From Verrucomicrobiota bacterium (lineage in GTDB: Bacteria > Verrucomicrobiota > Verrucomicrobiia > Verrucomicrobiales > DEV007): 57,685 nucleotides of DNA. Location of the stretch: the NCBI GenBank assembly GCA_045046875.1, contig JASFYY010000113.1, positions 1-57,685 of the forward strand, given 5' to 3'. Position numbers and translations under genes: made by a program. Shown here one piece after another: positions 49,001 to 56,935 of this stretch (the first letter of the stretch is position 1; every line of letters begins with the position of its first letter). The notes under the pieces are model-generated. The model did not search any database, was not told where the DNA came from, and was given only the letters and a program-made list of their open reading frames with translations.

Positions 49001-49780
49001 ATGAACTCAAGAGACATCACTGATATCAAAAGCGCCGACATGCTGCGAGCGGATGACTGGAAATTCGAATACCAGCAGAAGTGCAATCCGGAGAATTCCA
49101 ATCTCGATCTGATCACCTACGGCAGCTACCGCATCGCCCCCGGAGCAAACAGCGACGAACTTTATCACCGCAACGAAGAAGCGCTGCTGTTCTGCATGAG
49201 CGGAAAACAAACGATCGAAGTCGAAGGAGAAAAATTCACCCTATCCCATTACGACACGCTCTACATCCCTTTGCAGACCAGCTACCGGATCACAGAGAAT
49301 TCTGACGAGGAAGGCCACATCATCATTTGCCGCGCACCTGCTGAAAATCAGCATCAAGTGTTCTACTCCGAGTGGGAAAAAATCCGCGTCGATGAGGAAC
49401 GCATCCGCCACTTGGATAAAAAAGAAGTCTATATGATGTTCGACGTTAGCGAGAACGCGGACAAACTGGTCGCCGGCTACACCGTTTACGAACCTTTCAC
49501 CCGCGCCTGGCCGCCTCACAACCACACCGACCAGGAGGAAGTTTATATTTTCACCCAAGGCCAGGGTTCCATCGAAGTTTACCCGGACGAAGCTAATAAA
49601 ACCTTTGTTCACAGCATGAACACCATGGATGCAGCGACCATCCCAGTGCTCAACTACCACCCCGTTTACAGTCAGGGCGAAGAACTGCATTTCATCTGGT
49701 GTCTCGCCGGTGAGCGCTACTGGGTCGGCGACAAACACCAATCTTTCATGGATGCCTCGGTTGATGAACTGACCACCTGA
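49001..49780 (+). CDS. KduI/IolB-family cupin isomerase (candidate sulfoquinovose isomerase)
   Basis: Bicupin pattern with YDTLYIP, WPPHNH..QEEVY and YHP metal-binding motifs. Confidence 0.8.
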   Translation: MNSRDITDIKSADMLRADDWKFEYQQKCNPENSNLDLITYGSYRIAPGANSDELYHRNEEALLFCMSGKQTIEVEGEKFTLSHYDTLYIPLQTSYRITENSDEEGHIIICRAPAENQHQVFYSEWEKIRVDEERIRHLDKKEVYMMFDVSENADKLVAGYTVYEPFTRAWPPHNHTDQEEVYIFTQGQGSIEVYPDEANKTFVHSMNTMDAATIPVLNYHPVYSQGEELHFIWCLAGERYWVGDKHQSFMDASVDELTT

Positions 49781-49821
49781 TTTTCTTTAAACTCCAATTA
49801 ATACTAAATCGAATTAATTAT

Positions 49822-51267
49822 ATGGACACTACCACAGACTCAATACGCCCCATTTATCTTAATGGCGAATGGAATGACCAGGGGCCAGCTCTGCAAGTGA
49901 GCAATCCCTCGACAGGCGAAGTTTTTGCCAGCGTCAGCACGATTGACCGCGCGGGTACCAAACAAGCCATCGCTGACGCAGAAGCCTCCTGGAAAGCCTG
50001 GCGCGATCTGACTGGCAAAGAACGCGGTGCCTACTTGCACGCCATCGCTGATGGTATCGAAAAACGCAGCGATGAAATCGCCCGCACTATTTCCCAGGAA
50101 AACGGTAAACCGCTGGCTCAGGGAAAAGGCGAAGTCGGCATGACCATTGATCACTTCCGCTGGTTCGCCGAAGAAGCCCGACGCGCTTACGGGCGGGTCA
50201 TCCCCCATCAAATGGAAGGCAAACGCCATCTCGCCATCCGTCAATCGGTCGGCGTGGTGGGAGCGATCGCACCGTGGAATTTTCCGCTGGTGCTGGCGGT
50301 GCGAAAAGTCGCACCCGCTCTGGCCGCCGGTTGTCCAGTGTTACTCAAACCTGCGAGTGCCACCCCGCTGAGCTCGGTGCTTTTAGCCGAAGCGGTGCAC
50401 GAAGCCGGACTGCCCAAAGGAGTGTTCCAATTACTGGTCGGCAATGCTCGTGAGATCGGTGCGGAGATGATGGAAAACCCAGCCTGCCGCAAAATCACCT
50501 TCACCGGTTCAACCGAAGTCGGCCGCGAACTCATTCGCCAAAGCGCCGACCAGGTCAAAAAACTGTCGATGGAACTCGGCGGCCACGCCCCCCTGATTAT
50601 CTTCGATGATGCCAATCTCGACAACGCAGTGGAAGGTGCCCTGATCACTAAATTCCGCAACGGCGGGCAATCCTGCATCGCCTCTAACCGCATTTATGTG
50701 CAACGCGGCATCTATGAAAAATTTCTCGATCTATTTGTCGAAAAAGCCAAAGCCATGAAGATCGGCGACGGCTTGCAAGACGGCGTCGACATCGGCCCAC
50801 TGATCGATAGCGCAGCGGTCGATACCGCCATCGCCCACATCGAAGCTGCCACCGCATCCGGCGCACGCATCCTCTGCGGCGGCAAACGTGCCGACGGACT
50901 CGGGCCGAGTTTTCTCCAAGCCACCGTCCTGGCCGATGTGCCTGAAGACACCCTGTGCATGAACGAAGAAACCTTCGCCCCGGTCGCCCCGGTGTCAGTG
51001 TTTGACGAAGAAGACGAAGTCATCCAACGCGCCAACGACACCGACTACGGTCTGGCCGCTTATGTTTTCACCGAAAACCTTAACCGCGCCTGGCGTGTCG
51101 CCGAAGCCCTCGAAGCGGGCACCGTCGGTGTCAACGACGCCGTGCCCTCCACCAGTCAATGCCCCTTCGGTGGCATGAAACAAAGCGGCCTCGGCCGCGA
51201 ACTCGGCAGCGAAGGCCTCGACGGCTTTTTAGAAACCAAACATATCTCGTTTGGGGGAATCGGTTGA
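49822..51267 (+). CDS. NAD(P)-dependent aldehyde dehydrogenase, GabD-like (candidate sulfolactaldehyde dehydrogenase SlaB/SftD)
   Basis: PWNFP, FTGSTEVG, MELGG, GQSC, EETF, PFGG.KQSG.GRE; located beside the SqvA-like transaldolase. Confidence 0.9.
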   Translation: MDTTTDSIRPIYLNGEWNDQGPALQVSNPSTGEVFASVSTIDRAGTKQAIADAEASWKAWRDLTGKERGAYLHAIADGIEKRSDEIARTISQENGKPLAQGKGEVGMTIDHFRWFAEEARRAYGRVIPHQMEGKRHLAIRQSVGVVGAIAPWNFPLVLAVRKVAPALAAGCPVLLKPASATPLSSVLLAEAVHEAGLPKGVFQLLVGNAREIGAEMMENPACRKITFTGSTEVGRELIRQSADQVKKLSMELGGHAPLIIFDDANLDNAVEGALITKFRNGGQSCIASNRIYVQRGIYEKFLDLFVEKAKAMKIGDGLQDGVDIGPLIDSAAVDTAIAHIEAATASGARILCGGKRADGLGPSFLQATVLADVPEDTLCMNEETFAPVAPVSVFDEEDEVIQRANDTDYGLAAYVFTENLNRAWRVAEALEAGTVGVNDAVPSTSQCPFGGMKQSGLGRELGSEGLDGFLETKHISFGGIG

Positions 51268-51688
51268 GAATACAGAAGTTAGGAGTTAGGAGTTAGAATG
51301 AGAGAACCTGCAAGAACATTCGAAGATCTTATTGTCTGGCAGAAGGCGCACTCATTTGTGCTTTCTGTCTATCGACTAACACGATCATTCCCTAAGTCAG
51401 AAACCTATGGTCTGACTTCGCAATTCCGGCGTGCCGCCGTTTCAATCCCTGCAAATATCGCCGAAGGTTTCCGCAAGCGAGGCAAAGCAGGTAAAGCCCG
51501 TTATTTCAACATCGCAGAAGGCTCCGCCGAAGAATGCCAATACTATCTAATCTTAACCAAAGACCTTGAATACGGTGACGTTTCCGAACTCTCACCATTA
51601 CATGAAGAAGTTCGCAAATTACTAAACGCCTACTCCCAAACTCTCCGAACCTAAAATTCTAACTCCTCAATTCTAACTTCTAACTACT
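51267..51688. mobile_element. Four-helix-bundle gene cassette bounded by inverted heptamer arrays
   Basis: AGAAGTT/AGGAGTT repeats upstream and AACTCCT/AACTTCT downstream give a ~26-bp stem (51274-51299 with 51656-51681). Confidence 0.6.
51298..51654 (+). CDS. Four helix bundle protein (23S rRNA IVS protein / Avd-like family)
   Basis: FEDLIVWQKA, FPKSETYGLTSQFRRAAVSIPANIAEG, IAEGS..E. Confidence 0.95.
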   Translation: MREPARTFEDLIVWQKAHSFVLSVYRLTRSFPKSETYGLTSQFRRAAVSIPANIAEGFRKRGKAGKARYFNIAEGSAEECQYYLILTKDLEYGDVSELSPLHEEVRKLLNAYSQTLRT

Positions 51689-51689
51689 T

Positions 51690-52352
51690 ATGAAATTATT
51701 CCTCGATAGCGCAATAACAGAAGAGATCGCCTATGCCCTTGAACACTGGGACATGGACGGACTGACCACTAACCCCCGCCATGTGATGGTATCGGGAAAA
51801 CCTTTCCGCACCGTCATCGCCGAGGTCGCCGAATTGGTAAAAGGCACCGACAAACCGGTGAGCGTGGAAGTGAACCCCCACTTCACCGAATGTAAAGAAA
51901 TCGTCGAACAAGGACGCGAACTCGCCGCTCTATCACCCAACTTTGTGATCAAAGTCGGAGCCTGCGAAGGTGGATTCACCGCCATCCGCGAGCTCTCCAA
52001 GGACGGCATCAAAACCAATGCCACCCTCATCATGTCCGTCGCCCAGGCCTGGCATGCCGCCCGTGCCGGAGCGTCATTCATCAGCCCCTTCCTCGGTTGG
52101 AAAGATCAGTTCGGCGATTCTCCCGACGCCCTGATCGGCGAAGTCCGCGCAATGCTGGACGAACACGATTACAAATCTGAAATCATCGCCGCTGCGGTTC
52201 GCAACGCCAGACAAATAGGCGATGTCGCCATCAGCGGAGCACATTGCATCACCGCCGGTCTTGCGGTTTACAAAGAAAGTTTTGGTAACCCCTACACCAC
52301 CATGGGCGAAGGCATCTTCCAAAGCGCCTGGGACCAAACCCCCGAATCCTAA
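51690..52352 (+). CDS. sqvA: Sulfofructose transaldolase (6-deoxy-6-sulfo-D-fructose transaldolase, SqvA/SftT-like)
   Basis: TalC/FSA-type sequence (D6, K88) with TTNPRH (R30), SPFLGWK (W137 instead of the usual R) and AAAVR (R171). This matches the sulfonate pocket I recall for Bacillus SqvA. Confidence 0.85.
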   Translation: MKLFLDSAITEEIAYALEHWDMDGLTTNPRHVMVSGKPFRTVIAEVAELVKGTDKPVSVEVNPHFTECKEIVEQGRELAALSPNFVIKVGACEGGFTAIRELSKDGIKTNATLIMSVAQAWHAARAGASFISPFLGWKDQFGDSPDALIGEVRAMLDEHDYKSEIIAAAVRNARQIGDVAISGAHCITAGLAVYKESFGNPYTTMGEGIFQSAWDQTPES

Positions 52353-52372
52353 ATTCTGAATCCTTCTTCAAC

Positions 52373-53617
52373 ATGCCAAACACAAATTCCAACGACAACC
52401 TCACCACCGATCGCCCCACTTTCGTCACCCATCTCGAATGTGGACTCGAAGGCGATCATTACGAGAGCGATGTCATTCACGAGCTCTCCAAAGCCGGCCG
52501 CCCCTTGTTAGTAAAATACGATCTCGATGCGATCAAAAACGCAGTCAGCAAAGAAGATCTTGCTGCCCGTCCGGCTGATCTGTGGCGTTACCGCGAATTC
52601 CTGCCAGTGCGCAAAACCGAAAACATCGTCAGCCTCGGAGAAATCCAGACTCCACTGGTGCACATGTCAAAATTACAAACTGGCAGCGGAGATCTAATCG
52701 TCAAAGACGAAGGCCGCCTACCCACCGGATCCTTCAAAGCCCGCGGACTCTGTCTCGCGGTCTGCATGGCCAAGGAACTCGGCATCAACAAAATCGCCAT
52801 GCCAACCAATGGCAACGCTGGCGCCGCACTCGCCGCTTACGCCACCCGCGCAGGAATCAGCACCTACGTCTTCTGTCCCGACGACACCCCGGAAATCAAC
52901 GTGCGGGAAATCGCCGCCCAGGGAGCGAAGGTTTGGCGGGTCAACGGCCTGATCAATGACTGTGGAAAAATCGTCGGTCAAGGCAAAGAGCCAATGGGCT
53001 GGTTTGATCTCTCAACACTAAAAGAACCCTACCGCATCGAAGGTAAAAAAACCATGGGACTCGAACTCGCCGACCAACTTGGCTGGAAAGTTCCCGACGT
53101 GATTTTTTACCCCACCGGTGGTGGAACCGGCTTGATCGGTATGTGGAAGGCCTTCAACGAACTGAAAGAAATCGGCTGGCTGCAAGGCAAACTGCCACGC
53201 ATGGTGGCGGTGCAAGCCAGTGGCTGCGCACCGATCGTGAAAGCTTGGCAGGAAGGCAAACGCCACGCCGAACTGTGGCAAGACGCCCACACTGTAGCCG
53301 CCGGAATTCGCGTGCCGGTAGCGGTCGGCGACTTCCTGATTCTGGATGCCGTGCGTGAAAGTGACGGATTCGCCATCGCCATCGACGATGACGCCATCAT
53401 CGCCGCCGGTGAAGAAGTGTCGCAAAAAGAAGGTTTCCTGATGTGCCCCGAAGGCGCCGCCACCTACGCCGCTTACAAACAAGCCCTCGCCGAAGGCACC
53501 GTCAGCCCGGATGAAAGTGCCGTATTATACAACTGCGCCACCGGATTAAAATACGAACTGCCCAGAGCCGACGCCACCCTCGACTGCACGCAGGAAATTG
53601 ATTACAGCAAGCTGTAG
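52373..53617 (+). CDS. Threonine synthase-like fold-type II PLP enzyme (candidate cysteate desulfonating enzyme)
   Basis: LWRY, SLGE..TPL, PTGSFKARG (PLP lysine), TNGNAG, EGKKTMG, PTGGGTG, CPEGAA. Confidence 0.88.
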   Translation: MPNTNSNDNLTTDRPTFVTHLECGLEGDHYESDVIHELSKAGRPLLVKYDLDAIKNAVSKEDLAARPADLWRYREFLPVRKTENIVSLGEIQTPLVHMSKLQTGSGDLIVKDEGRLPTGSFKARGLCLAVCMAKELGINKIAMPTNGNAGAALAAYATRAGISTYVFCPDDTPEINVREIAAQGAKVWRVNGLINDCGKIVGQGKEPMGWFDLSTLKEPYRIEGKKTMGLELADQLGWKVPDVIFYPTGGGTGLIGMWKAFNELKEIGWLQGKLPRMVAVQASGCAPIVKAWQEGKRHAELWQDAHTVAAGIRVPVAVGDFLILDAVRESDGFAIAIDDDAIIAAGEEVSQKEGFLMCPEGAATYAAYKQALAEGTVSPDESAVLYNCATGLKYELPRADATLDCTQEIDYSKL

Positions 53618-53899
53618 AGGCTGTAGCGATTTAGGCTGTAGGCTGTAGGATTCTAATTTGAAAGTTAATTTGGAAATATAGTCGCTCGACTTTGAATATT
53701 TTTCATAAAAACATCGAAAGCGCAAACCTACGACTCACGCCAACACCCTGTCAAACTGCTCACAAAAAATCCAAGAAACCAAAAAAGTCCTCGGTGCCCT
53801 CGTCCGCTCCATGCGTTAGCCCTCCTCTCACTTCAGCACTACCAAAGTGCGCCAAACACACAACCCTACAGTCTACAGCCCAAACACCTACAGCCCTCT
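53616..53899 (+). pseudogene. Decayed four-helix-bundle cassette between inverted GGCTGTA/CTACAGY arrays
   Basis: 53616-53649 pairs with 53865-53899; the internal frame ends SNCSQKIQETKKVLGALVRSMR* (stop 53817-53819), resembling a four-helix-bundle C-terminus. Confidence 0.6.
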
Positions 53900-53903
53900 T
53901 CCC

Positions 53904-54866
53904 ATGATCCTAATCACAGAAAACATCACCGGCACAGCCATGGACCAACTCCGAAAGGATATGGACGTGACTTTTGAACCCGAACTCTGGGCCCACCCCG
54001 AGAAACTCAAAGAGGCGCTCAAAGGAGTCAAAGCGCTCATCGTGCGCAACCAAACCCAGGTGACGGCAGACATCATCGCCGCAGCGGACGGACTGCAAAT
54101 CATCGCTCGTGCCGGAGCCGGGCTGGACAACATCGATATCAAAGCCGCTAGCGACGCCGGCATCGTGGTCACTTCCACTCCCCAGGCCAATTCCATCTCG
54201 GTGGCCGAGCTTGCCGTTGGGCTGATGATCAGCCTGGCGCGACAAATCCCCTCCGCTGACTGGGACACTCGCGCCGGAGGCTGGAACCGCCAGATTTTCA
54301 CCGGTGGAGAGCTATCCGGAAAAACCCTCGGAGTGGTTGGCTTTGGCCGCATCGGCGTGCTCACCGCAACCCGGGCCAAAGTTTTCGGGATGAACATTGT
54401 CGGTCACGATGACTACGTCGATCCTGAGTCCGACGCAGTGAAAGAACTCGACGCCAACATGCTCAGCTTGGATAATTTATTATTCCAGGCCGACTTCATC
54501 ACCTGCCACGTGCCGCTCACCGATGGCACCCGCGAAATGTTCAACGACGACTTATTTAAAAAAATGAAATCAAGCGCGTTTTTCATCAACACCTCGCGTG
54601 GCGAAGTGGTCGACGAAAACGCCCTCGCACGAGCTTTGCAAAATGACCAGATCGGCGGAGCCGCGCTCGACGTGCGGCAAGTCGAACCTCCCGACGCCAG
54701 CAGCCCGCTCAACGGCCTTGGCAATGTCATCCTCACTCCTCACATCGCCGCTTTCACCCGCGAGGCCCAAACCCGGGTCGTCGATGCCGTTTGCCGCGAC
54801 GTCAAAGCCATCCTCAACGGCGAATCCGCCACCGATTTCTTTAATTTCCCCCAACCCCAACTGTAG
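53904..54866 (+). CDS. D-isomer-specific 2-hydroxyacid dehydrogenase, (S)-sulfolactate dehydrogenase SlcC-like
   Basis: ALIVRNQTQVT, RAGAGLDNID, GFGRIG, NTSRG, LDV, TPHIA; no ACT domain, so not a full-length SerA. Confidence 0.85.
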   Translation: MILITENITGTAMDQLRKDMDVTFEPELWAHPEKLKEALKGVKALIVRNQTQVTADIIAAADGLQIIARAGAGLDNIDIKAASDAGIVVTSTPQANSISVAELAVGLMISLARQIPSADWDTRAGGWNRQIFTGGELSGKTLGVVGFGRIGVLTATRAKVFGMNIVGHDDYVDPESDAVKELDANMLSLDNLLFQADFITCHVPLTDGTREMFNDDLFKKMKSSAFFINTSRGEVVDENALARALQNDQIGGAALDVRQVEPPDASSPLNGLGNVILTPHIAAFTREAQTRVVDAVCRDVKAILNGESATDFFNFPQPQL

Positions 54867-54916
54867 GGCGAGCGCCCCGCTTGCCCACCCTCTTCTTTCA
54901 CCCCGCTTGCCCCTAC
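54863..54916. repeat. GTAG...CTAC REP-like pair
   Basis: GTAGGGCGAGCGCCCCGCTTGCCC followed by CCCCGCTTGCCCCTAC. Confidence 0.55.
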
Positions 54917-54937
54917 AAACTCAACTCAATAAAAATC

Positions 54938-55399
54938 ATGTCCATAGAATCCAAACTCGAACAACTCGGCCTCAGCTTGCCGGAAGCCCCCAAACCCGTC
55001 GCCGCCTACATCCCTGCCGTCACCAGCGGCAAACAAGTGATCGTCAGCGGCCAGCTACCGATGCAAAACGGTGAACTCATCAGCACTGGAAAGATCCCCA
55101 GCCAAGTATCGATCGAAGACGCCCAGGCCGCCGCCCGCCAATGTGTGCTCAATGCTCTGGCGGTGCTAAAAGCTGAACTTCAAGGCGACCTCAGCCGCCT
55201 GGTTCGTGTGCTGCGCATCGGTGCTTTTGTGCAAAGCGACGACGACTTTTACGGCCAGCCTCAGGTCGCCAATGGAGCCAGTGAATTTCTGTTGGAACTG
55301 CTCGGCGACGCCGGCCGCCACGCCCGTGCCGCCGTCGGAGTCAACGCCTTGCCACTCAACGCCTCGGTCGAGGTCGAATTCACCTTTGAGGTGGACTAA
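54938..55399 (+). CDS. Rid (YjgF/YER057c/UK114) family imine/enamine deaminase
   Basis: PKPVAAY, SGQLP, ANGASE, GRHARAAVG (catalytic Arg present), LPLNASVEVE. Confidence 0.92.
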   Translation: MSIESKLEQLGLSLPEAPKPVAAYIPAVTSGKQVIVSGQLPMQNGELISTGKIPSQVSIEDAQAAARQCVLNALAVLKAELQGDLSRLVRVLRIGAFVQSDDDFYGQPQVANGASEFLLELLGDAGRHARAAVGVNALPLNASVEVEFTFEVD

Positions 55400-55453
55400 A
55401 TAAACAGGTAAGATCCTTGCATTCATTCAATGCTTCTGGTCTGGTAGCGTTGA

Positions 55454-56917
55454 ATGAAACGATCCGGTCTTCTCTATCTCATCACGCCTATTGCAGGTTT
55501 GTTCCTCACTGCCTGCCCGAAAGTAGGCATCGACTACACCTCGCCCACCCTGAAAGCTCCCGATGCCTGGAGCCAAAACGTGGTGCGTGACCTCAAAGGC
55601 GGGCAAGGCGGAATCGAAAACTGGTGGAAAAAATTCAACGATTCCACCCTCAACCAACTGATCGAGCTAGCCCGCAAAGCAAATCCCAATCTGGAGATCG
55701 CCTACCAACAGATCAATGAAGCTCGCGCCCGCCGCGGAGTAGCTTACAGCCAACTCTTCCCGGATGCCGCGGCCACTGCCGACTATCAACGCACCCGCGC
55801 CAGCGAATCACTATTTTTTCCTCCTCCCACCAATCCCAATAATTCTTTCTCGATTGGATTTGATTCTGGATGGGAGATCGATGTTTTTGGCGGGATACAA
55901 CGTTCGGTCGAATCTGCACAAGCCAGTGTCGAAGCAGCGGTCGAAGCTTACCGTGACGTGCTGGTTTCGCTCGAAGCAGAAGTCGCCCTCAACTACATCG
56001 AGATGCGCACCCTGCAAAAAAGAATCCGCCTAGCCTATGAAAACATCGAACGCCAGAAGGATTCACACAAACTCACCAAGGATCGCTTTGACGCCGGACT
56101 GGTACCTGAAATCGATGTCACCCAGGCCGAAACCAATCTTTATAATACTGAAGCGGTTGTTCCAGCACTGGAAATCCAACTGGCCTTCGCCCGCAACCGC
56201 CTAGCCTCGCTATTAGGAAATTACGCAGGCAGCCTTGACAAAAAACTGGGGCGCTCAACCACGATCCCCCTACCTCCGCGCAGTCTGGCCATAGGGCTGC
56301 CCGCCAATTTGCTGCGCAGTCGTCCCGACGTGCGTCAAGCCGAACGGGAACTGGCCGCGCAAACCGCCCGGGTCGGCGTCGCCACCGCCGATCTCTATCC
56401 TCGTTTTTCCCTATTGGGCAATCTGAACTTACAAGCCCTCGATACCGATGATTTATTAAAATCCTCCAGCCGGGCATTCGGAATCGCCCCATCTGTGCGC
56501 TGGCAAATCTTCGCAGCCGGAGGCATCCGCAACAATATCCGCATCGAAAAAACCCGCGTCCAGCAGGCTTACAAGGTTTACGAAAATGCGATCTTGCTCG
56601 CCGTCGAAGAAAACGAAAACAGCCTGATCTCAATCAGCAAGGAACGGGTGCGTTTTGCCAAACTCCGTCAGTCAGTCAAAGCTACCGAAAAAACCGTCAA
56701 ACTGGTGAAAGACAACTACCAGAATGGCTTGGTTGATTTCCAAAATGTACTCGACGCCGAACGCTCCTTGTTCACCGCACAAGACGATTCGGCGATCAGT
56801 GAGGGCAGCGTATCTGCTAATTACGTTCGCCTGTTCAAATCTCTGGGCGGAGGCACTGAAACCGTTTTAGCTCCACCAGCAGAAAAAGAAAAAAACTCTG
56901 CCAAAAAGAAAAAATAG
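55454..56917 (+). CDS. Efflux outer-membrane lipoprotein, NodT/OprM family
   Basis: LTAC lipobox, WW..FND..L, WEIDVFG, RPDVRQAER, LYPRFSL, LFKSLGGG. Confidence 0.95.
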   Translation: MKRSGLLYLITPIAGLFLTACPKVGIDYTSPTLKAPDAWSQNVVRDLKGGQGGIENWWKKFNDSTLNQLIELARKANPNLEIAYQQINEARARRGVAYSQLFPDAAATADYQRTRASESLFFPPPTNPNNSFSIGFDSGWEIDVFGGIQRSVESAQASVEAAVEAYRDVLVSLEAEVALNYIEMRTLQKRIRLAYENIERQKDSHKLTKDRFDAGLVPEIDVTQAETNLYNTEAVVPALEIQLAFARNRLASLLGNYAGSLDKKLGRSTTIPLPPRSLAIGLPANLLRSRPDVRQAERELAAQTARVGVATADLYPRFSLLGNLNLQALDTDDLLKSSSRAFGIAPSVRWQIFAAGGIRNNIRIEKTRVQQAYKVYENAILLAVEENENSLISISKERVRFAKLRQSVKATEKTVKLVKDNYQNGLVDFQNVLDAERSLFTAQDDSAISEGSVSANYVRLFKSLGGGTETVLAPPAEKEKNSAKKKK

Positions 56918-56935
56918 CCACAGCGCTCCGACACG

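Noticed and set aside
49001..51267. myo-Inositol catabolism (iolB plus iolA)
   Set aside because: No iolC/D/E/G, and the dehydrogenase is GabD-like (MELGG) rather than methylmalonate-semialdehyde dehydrogenase-like
51298..51654. Diversity-generating retroelement (Avd homolog)
   Set aside because: No reverse transcriptase and no TR/VR pair with adenine-specific mismatches seen in the window
52373..54866. Ordinary threonine and serine biosynthesis genes (thrC, serA)
   Set aside because: No thrA/thrB or serC/serB context; the dehydrogenase lacks the ACT domain and has the SlcC-like LIVRNxTQV motif. Not fully excluded, so no gene symbols were given
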